DNA of 59,713 nucleotides, the filler included, from Porpidia crustulata (taxonomy: Eukaryota): the NCBI GenBank assembly GCA_964255105.1. It is 7 parts of 7 records of this genome, joined end to end, with 100 filler letters (N's around TTAATTAATTAA, not from the genome) between each part and the next. Parts side by side here need not be neighbours in the genome. Positions count along the whole stretch, not along the records: positions 51,279 to 59,713 come from CAXUWE010001121.1; 6 more parts are not named here. One strand, written 5' to 3'. The notes under the pieces are model-generated. The model was not told the DNA's origin. It saw only the letters and a program-made list of their open reading frames with translations, and ran no database searches. This document shows positions 52,074 through 59,713 of this stretch, piece by piece. How positions within the stretch are numbered: the stretch's first letter is position 1; every line of letters starts with the position of its first letter. A program made the position numbers and the translations under genes.

Positions 52074-53876
52074 TCACCATGTAAAGCTCTCCTCGACAAA
52101 GTCTAGCGTGCCTGTCGCAAGATTGTCGCGTACTGCCGCTCGGACATCATCAGCAAAAGCTCCCGGACCACAGACAGTGACTGCTGTAGCTCCTACTCGG
52201 GTAACCATTTCTTTTGCGATGATGATCTTTGGGTTTGCCCGTCCAGGGTACATCAAAACGGTTTCGCTTCGGCTTCGGACTTCTCTCGCATCCCGAGGTT
52301 TGGTCACAAACATCATGATCTTGACGACTTGTTTCCTGTGAGGCATAGCGAGGATCTCGTCCATCCATGGTCGAATCCATTCCAATTGCTCCGTCGTGCG
52401 AACCGACCAAACAAGAACGATTTTTTGTGTGGCAACCTTTCCTTCGTCGTATTTGGAAAGGAGGTCTCGAACATGTGAGATCTGATGCGTGATGCCGACA
52501 CCACCTGCGAAGAGTATGACAGTGCCATAAGAGTCAAGGGATTCATGCCCACCATAAGGGCCTTCGACTGCACCCCGGATCGTAATGATTCCGGTGGGAG
52601 ATGCGCGAGATTTGTTGTAGAGCTTGGCCGTCATGCCAGTCCGCTTGGACATGATGAGTGATATTGAAGTGGTGGTTCTGGTGGGAATTGGTTCACCAAG
52701 ATCGGAGTTTGTGGTTGGAAGCTTTTCATCTTCGAGAGTTAGGTAAGGGGTTGGTCGCGAATCGCTCCAAGCGATAGAGAATGGATGAGACATCCAGAGA
52801 GAGACGCTTGGCAGGTAAGCGTAAACATGACAGCCAGGAGTGATCTTCCAGGGCCGCTTGAGCTCGAACGTTACTCGGCATGCGTCGCCAGGGAGTGCTT
52901 CAACAGTAGCTGTGGTGCAGCCGCTTTTAGATATGTTGTGATATAAAATACGAAACATTCGAATGCTTCGATCCGCGACCCAGATCACCACTATCCAATT
53001 TAGGTACGGCATTTGAGGCAATTTTCCTTTCTTGCAATGAACCCATACTCCAAGTACAGCCGTAAAAGCAAGAAGCTGATGGATGTGGAGGAATGTCTCG
53101 TAGAACGCGTGGCGAACAGCTGATGGAGACTGCACAAGTATAATGATCATGGCAACAGTTCCAAGCATTCCATACTGCAGGAAGGCACTTTTGGCAAGTC
53201 GTTCGTTTATTCCGTGCGATCCCTCTGCGGCAATCACATTGGCAGCCCATGCGGCGGTGTGTGCAATGGATTGTAAGATGACGATCCTTCCAAACCAGCG
53301 GTGGAACAAATTATAGGTATCGAAGCTGACCCGCAGCAACGGTATTAGAGGGTTATTCCGGCCCGCCAGGATGAATAGGGGCACCATGTTGACGATTGCA
53401 AGATGTCCAGTTCTTCCGCGAACGTCTGCAAGCAAAGCGGCATGATCTTTATCCCCGTAATCCAGCATGCTGCAATACACGATGTTGCTTGCGAAATACA
53501 GACCGAGAATGATCATATGTAGTCTTGATGGTAGAGTTCCGACGTTCATTGCTTTTGATAGTTGTACTTCCCGGTTGTGTCTCTTCTTGCCGAGCGGGGC
53601 ATACAGCACTTCCTTTTTACTAAACGGCCACCACCAGATTTTGTCAGTCGACCAGTATAACTGGCGCAGAGGACTAGCATCTAGGTTCATGAGGTGCCGG
53701 ATGTGCGCATTGGAAATTTGTGCCAGCCGAGCTAGTAGAACAAAGCCGCACAAACCGAGGATGGAAAGCCATAGGAAGTATGTTGTTAGATTATCGACTT
53801 CTAGGTTCACACCGGCGAGTCCAGATACGTAGGATGACGCAGGTGACACTGGCGCGGTGTTCATGGGAGGGGCCAT
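52074..53876 (-). CDS. Ferric/cupric reductase-like transmembrane protein (FRE family)
   Basis: Motifs RNNPLI, FHRWFGR..HT, YETFLHIHQ, HPFS, EGPYG, LFAGGVGIT, CGP and EESFTW; 600 aa, intronless. Confidence 0.95.
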   Translation of the reverse strand: MAPPMNTAPVSPASSYVSGLAGVNLEVDNLTTYFLWLSILGLCGFVLLARLAQISNAHIRHLMNLDASPLRQLYWSTDKIWWWPFSKKEVLYAPLGKKRHNREVQLSKAMNVGTLPSRLHMIILGLYFASNIVYCSMLDYGDKDHAALLADVRGRTGHLAIVNMVPLFILAGRNNPLIPLLRVSFDTYNLFHRWFGRIVILQSIAHTAAWAANVIAAEGSHGINERLAKSAFLQYGMLGTVAMIIILVQSPSAVRHAFYETFLHIHQLLAFTAVLGVWVHCKKGKLPQMPYLNWIVVIWVADRSIRMFRILYHNISKSGCTTATVEALPGDACRVTFELKRPWKITPGCHVYAYLPSVSLWMSHPFSIAWSDSRPTPYLTLEDEKLPTTNSDLGEPIPTRTTTSISLIMSKRTGMTAKLYNKSRASPTGIITIRGAVEGPYGGHESLDSYGTVILFAGGVGITHQISHVRDLLSKYDEGKVATQKIVLVWSVRTTEQLEWIRPWMDEILAMPHRKQVVKIMMFVTKPRDAREVRSRSETVLMYPGRANPKIIIAKEMVTRVGATAVTVCGPGAFADDVRAAVRDNLATGTLDFVEESFTW

Positions 53877-56057
53877 GGTATTGGTGGCTGCGAGAGGATT
53901 GATAAGCTTCGTTTTCGAGAGGTCGTGACCAGCACGTCGCGAATTCGTGACCGATCGGCGTGGACAGATGTTTTAATATACAGAAGAGAGTCGAAATAGC
54001 TAGTCGGTTCGAGAGGCGGTAGAACGTATTATTGCATATGTCTGCTTGTATCATGGATATACTCGAAAATCTTGGTGATAGTAGTGGTCGTAAATTGGAG
54101 AAGTCAGGGAATCCTGGACTAGACGCTTGATATCAGGTTTTGTGTCACGGAACAATAGATCTTTGTTGGGAGAGCGGATACAATGTTTCGAGAATTGCAT
54201 TGTCCTTATTGTTGATTGTTGAGCACCATTGTCTCCCGCACAACCTGATTGTTTTGTTGTCCCTCAATTTTTCCCCTTTGTACTTCCGGATTCGAGAGTC
54301 CTGTCTGCTGTGTGAGAAAGTATAATCCAACTGTGAAAGATCGAACGGTCAAAGCAGTTATGAGATCCAGCTGTTCGAGAGGGGAAAAGGTTCGCTCAAA
54401 GGCAGGTAGAAGAGGTAGTTGGAGACGATGAATAAATCTGTATGATTAAATGAGTGAGTAGCTTCTAGTATCGAGAATCACGCCGGTTCGTCGTCACTGC
54501 CGTCAATAAAACGTGGTATTAGATAGAAAGAAACAAAGATTAGTCTTGATCTTCCGATAGTGATAGGCAGGACCAATGAAATCTATCAAGAACGTTGACT
54601 GAGAAGAATTCGAAGCAAGGAGACGGTATAGAAGAGACTCAGTTGACGGGATGACGAGTGAAGCTGTGAGTCCAGAAAGACCTGGAACAGCTTGAGTGGG
54701 ACTTCGAGGACCTCACGACTCGGTGGCAAGGAGTAGGAGTGAAGCGCCGAAGCCAGCCAGGTGGCTATGACTGACACGTCGTGCTGGGACATAATGAACA
54801 AAAAGCGCGACGATTTCCGCAAATCGAATGGCTGCAGATTTCCAATTGAAGATGAAACAAAGAAAGTTCACAGTGTTAGATGTGGTGGGGAGTCGTTGAA
54901 TGGCTAAAGATGATTATTGTAAGCGCCAACCAGGAAGGCTAACAAAGCGAGTTCACGTGACTTATCTCGGCAACGCGTCTTATATTCGTCCCATTTTGGG
55001 TTTCGTCAACATCCCATGCAAATTGTGTCACTCTTATTCCTTCATCTTCTTACAGATCCAGGCAGCAATTGAACATCACCTGGTATCAGCATATCTGCGG
55101 CATCAGTAAATTGTATGAGGTCGATCCCAATGGTACCTGAATCCGCGTGGCGACTCCAATCACTCTATTGCATACCTTACATAGATGGAGCACGAGGTCA
55201 ACAAATTCACTGCCATAAATCAAATACGAAAATCTAGTAAAACACGATACCACGATCGCCGCCAATTTCTGTCTACGGGAGTCTTTTTTCCGCAAGGCTT
55301 TGTGTTGATGTCTTTATCTTGACCAAAAGGCAACCTGCAAACGGCCATCAAAACGGAGTGGCTTGAATACCGGATCCTAATCTCCATCGCTATCACATTA
55401 GTGAAATTTCAAATGAGAGCAGTCCGCTATAATCTTATCAAGCTCCATTACGATCTCTTTTTGTACATATTACATGTTATCCTCGTTGCTACTTGACATC
55501 ATTGTCGTTGCTTACGAAGACTCCATTGATTGTGTTTTTAAACCTCCCTGGCCTTCATGTGACGCGATGTTGGTGTGGACTTAAACACCGAAATCCTTTC
55601 ATTATCCTATGCGACTGAAATGTATTGAATTGCGATTTCATTGCTCATATATTGTAGCGTGTAAAGTCTTAGGCTACAAAGCCATGGCTTTACGGTGAAT
55701 TTCAAACTTGGTCTCATATGAGTAATTAGACAGCTGAATAGGCTCCTCAATTGTTCGGTAAAGGCAGTACAGCCGTTGTCTGGGTTTGATATTGTACGAA
55801 GGGCTACTTTTGCGAAGAGCTCATTCGGCAGGTCAAGTATGGAAGTTACGTTTGGCTCACAATACTCGTAAGATTTCAACACGGCAAAAGAAAGCGAGGA
55901 AGAAAGGTATTTTTTGCGAACGAGGTGGATCAGCGAAACCGATCCAAGCCAGAAGACATGCAAGGTCAGAGGTCTAGGAATACTTGAATGGTGTTACATC
56001 AATATTGACATTGATATTAAGTCTTTCATATTTTTAGCCACGTGAGCAAGAAGCAAG

Positions 56058-56311
56058 CACGTGCCAGGCAAAAAAATCCATACCGCAAGAATTGATTTCC
56101 CGTCCACATCATCAAATTCACTATTGCATCTGTAGAACACATAATCAATACGCTACAAACTTAAGTGATGATGAACGCAAAAAATAAGATTGAGACGACA
56201 CGCTGTCGAATCATATAGATTCATCGAAATATCTTCTTGAAACAATCAAAATCTGATTAGTCGTTGATTGAAGTCGAGTTTTGCGGTATGGATTTTTTTG
56301 CCTGGCACGTG
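56058..56311. mobile_element. MITE-like non-autonomous element, 254 bp, with perfect 31-bp terminal inverted repeats
   Basis: CACGTGCCAGGCAAAAAAATCCATACCGCAA at 56058-56088 and its exact reverse complement at 56281-56311; AT-rich non-coding interior. Confidence 0.8.
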
Positions 56312-57128
56312 GCAGGCGAAGACGTGAAACAATAGGGGTCTAATCCAAGAAAGGACTAGCGTCTCACTCACTGATCATCCATATTAGATCTGCTCCTTTT
56401 CAAACGTCTATCCTTCTCTCCATGGTCTTCTAGATTGGAGTATGTTCGCACGGCGTCGCACGGCGTAGAATAAGCGCCAAGGCACTCACTAACAGTGCCA
56501 TCAATGTCTCAGTCTCCCCACTGCTCTGCCGGGTGAAGCGTCAGCCAAATTCCTCCCCGATCCCCCCATCCAGAGGGTCATAGCGAGGAACATAAGTAGG
56601 CTCTGTTTGGTTGATAATTGACTTGTATAGCCACAAGCATTCTGTTCGGGCTCTTCGTGTGGTCAGGAGCAGGATGATTTAGTCGCTAGATGAAGGCACG
56701 GCCACAAGTTGCAAGGCGCAGCACAACAACCATCGAACGGCACGGAATATCGAGCGCGTATTTACAAACCATCATACATTATACATACTCAATAGGCGCA
56801 GCAAATTAGACTCGAGCTCAAGAATAGGTTTAACAAGATCGTCCTTTTCTAAAGTTTGTCATCAAGTGTTGGTTACTGACTTTCTCGCGGTTTCACGTCT
56901 CAAAGGATGAAGCCTCCGAGGCCTAATAAATGTTAGAACTTCAGCTCCCAGGGATGGAGAACCTAGCAGTGGATCATTCCGGAGGATCAAAATCTGGCTG
57001 CGCCCTGCAAACTGCTGACTTGCTCCTTCAGATCGTTCCTGCAATAATACGTACAACGATTTGTACAAGTAGAACCGTGGCTTCAGAGACACAGAGGAAA
57101 GTAATGATAATATCAGTCATCATCGACA

Positions 57129-58791
57129 ATGAAAGGTAATGTAGAATACACGATGATAGGCTCCTCTGCCCAGCATCAAGTAAAGCGCTTCATTCTCATA
57201 TTTGTCATCTTGATCATAATCTACCACCTTCGTCTCATTCAAATCAATCCATGGCCAATGCTACCTCTTTTACAGAACGTTCAACCCGCTTGTGGTCCAA
57301 TAGTCACTCCCAAAGCTCTTGATCCTGCTGGTAGAGTATCGCATACCTGGAACCACATCCAAGATCTCTTCATCGTCCACAAGCCGGAACCCGAGCTTCA
57401 ACATGTCAATTTCCCCGAGGGTCCTGATAGTGGTTCATGGGAGAATCGCAAGGATTATCTCAAAATAACCTACATGGAAGCGGCGGCCATGCGAACAATG
57501 CACTCGCATTTGGTCAATCAGTTGCCGTCATTTCCTAAAGGCGAATACTCGGGCCGTGGAATCGTGTTGGTTGCTGGGGGTCGATACTCTGAATTCGCTT
57601 CGACAAGTCTAGGGATGCTACGACTAGTCGGCAGTCGAGTGCCAGTCGAGGTATGGATGGTTGATCCGAGTGAAGAGAGAGCCGGCTGGTGTGACCAGTT
57701 GGCTCGTGAAGGCATGGGCTGCCGCTTCCTGAGCGATTACATTGCAGACATGTCGATGTTTGAAAGTGCTTACCAGTATAAGACCCTCGTACTTCTCTTT
57801 TCGTCATTCACCGAGGTTCTCTTCTTGGACAGTGATAATCTTCCCCTTATCAACCCGGATTCGATCTTCGATTCCTCGGTTTACAAAAAGACTGGGGCTG
57901 TTCTATGGCCGGACTACTGGAAGACTTCCGAGTCGCCATTCACGCCGTTTATAACAGGAGAGACGGAAGAACCAAGCGAGAATGCAATCGCCTTCCAAAC
58001 TGTCGACTCTGGCATGATGTTATGGAATAAGCAGAGGCACTGGACGGTATATCCAACCCTTCCATTCGGTCTTCAGTATAAATTACTAAGCCACATCACA
58101 GACTTTATGCCTCAGCGCCTACTACAATTACCACGGCCCGAAATACTTCTACACTCTTATAACCCAAGGCGGTGCTGGCTTCGGCGACAAAGACACTTTC
58201 CCTACGGCCCTCCGTGCCCTCTCCGCCCCATGGACCCTCATTACACACCCTCTCCGAACGCAATATGTCAATTCTGGCGACGGCCACAGATTCGGCAGCG
58301 GCTTCGCGATGATGCAAGCCGATCCCTGGGACGAGCAATCATTCAACCCAATGTTCCTGCACAGCAACTTTGTCAAGCTCAGCGTCCGCCGGCTAATGTG
58401 CTCCAACTGCACCGAAGACGTGTCTGCGCTGACGCCGGAGCAACAGGCGACTGGCCAGACATATACTTTCCGGGGATACTACCAAAAAGACACCCCAGTC
58501 GGACAGGCCTTGACCGAACATAGACGAATGTTCGCGACCAAGGTCGGCGCGGTCGATGATTTCATGGGTGTCTTGGACGCCGAGCGAGATATCTGGCGGG
58601 TAATGGAGCGTGATGCTTGCTTTGGTGTCTGGGCCGACGACGAGACTTGCCAACGCACGAGGTTGCACATTGACGCCGCGTTTGGGCCAACGGACGAGTA
58701 CCGGGAACCTCCGATACCGCCGTCGTGTTGGGAATCGAGTCTGAAGTCGAAGGCCAACACGACTGAGGTGTGGCTATCCGGGAAGAAATAG
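57129..58791 (+). CDS. Alpha-1,2-mannosyltransferase, MNN2/GT71-like (2 exons)
   Basis: Type II TM anchor; motifs GRGIVLVAGG, YQYK, EVLFLDSDN, LWPDYW, DSGMMLWNK..HWT|TLCLSAYYNYHGP..QGGAGFGDKDTF and MFLHSN; intron at about 58047-58101. Confidence 0.92.
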
Positions 58792-59713
58792 ATAAACTGT
58801 GTCGATCTCTTGTTTTCGTACATTACTGCATTGCAAGCGAGGAGTTGGGGTTTGGGTTTTGTATTTGGGCGTTGTGCATGATACTCATTTTCGTTGTAGC
58901 TTGGACGAGGCGATTGAGAATTCATCACGGATACTACAGACATCTCAGGGCCGTGACGCCGTGCGGAAATTTGGTTATGATAGCTTGAGTTCTGAACGAC
59001 TCCTTTCTTTGCGATCTCGCACTATCCGCTCAAGTCAACTGCTGTGGGAAATTCTTGGAGTTCAACTGAGAGACAAGGAACAATCGATATTGCAGACACT
59101 TTGGTAGTTCCACAAAAGATGAAACAACAAGATCGATGATGCGTGGATATGGGAAATTGATAGCAAAAAGGGATTCAATTCGGGGACGTGTCGAGTTTTT
59201 AGACTTGCTTATGTCTCACCTCAGAAGCTAGATGGATACTCGAATGACATTGGGAACGCTCGCTATCAGAACACGCGCTTCCATTGAAAAGTTAGCGAAT
59301 CGGGAGCTACGACGTTCTTCTGAACGGTCGACAACCATTCAAGTACGAGGAAGGTCCAAGAAGTCTTCGGGATAGAGCTTCTGAACTGGGAGGAGCTGGA
59401 CTCGAGAGACTTGTCGATTTCACTCACAACATGGCCTCCACACCAAATCGAAAGAGAAGAATCTTTCGACTGCTGCTGACATACTTTTTACGGAGTTTGC
59501 GTAGAATTGTGTGAAGGTAGATTTTTGTCGAAATAATGTCGAGGAACGGTCATTCAAAAAGGTCGTGGAGCAGCGGAGCTTTCTCCGCCTTGGTTCCCCG
59601 CACCCAACCGTCCATTACTCAGGATGAGTATCTATCCAAAAATTCCACCACAACCAGCAATAATAAACTCACTCCATTGACTAACCCTTCATCTCCCTAC
59701 ACACTCCCCACAA

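Overview
Eukaryotic DNA from a filamentous ascomycete (Pezizomycotina; short GT-AG introns with CTRAC branch sites). It is not one locus: seven unrelated contigs of about 8.4 kb, in descending size, are joined by identical 100-bp artificial spacers (N44-TTAATTAATTAA-N44), so no synteny can be inferred across spacers. Contig 1 holds HIR3 and a divergent ChAPs/exomer gene. Contig 2 holds a small membrane protein, an Rds1-like ferritin-like protein, a Zn2Cys6 factor and partial TFB5. Contig 3 holds a large SH3-like orphan, an alpha/beta hydrolase and a disrupted multi-zinc-finger gene. Contig 4 holds an MFS transporter, PRE2, NAB2, HEM14 and partial PYM. Contig 5 holds an aldo-keto reductase, a disrupted BBE-like FAD oxidase and a cluster-type Zn2Cys6 factor. 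Contig 6 holds a partial hypothetical gene, a Gfo/Idh/MocA oxidoreductase, REX2, PGM2 and KES1/OSH4. Contig 7 holds LSM7, a ferric reductase, a 254-bp MITE and an MNN2-like mannosyltransferase. The most notable observations are (1) an unrecognised gene with three zinc fingers of unusual C-x14-H spacing, each split by a phase-0 intron at the same residue, one containing an in-frame TAG; (2) a MITE with perfect 31-bp CACGTG-terminated inverted repeats; (3) a decaying secondary-metabolism-like locus; and (4) a structured long first intron. Gene identities come from motif recognition, not database searches.
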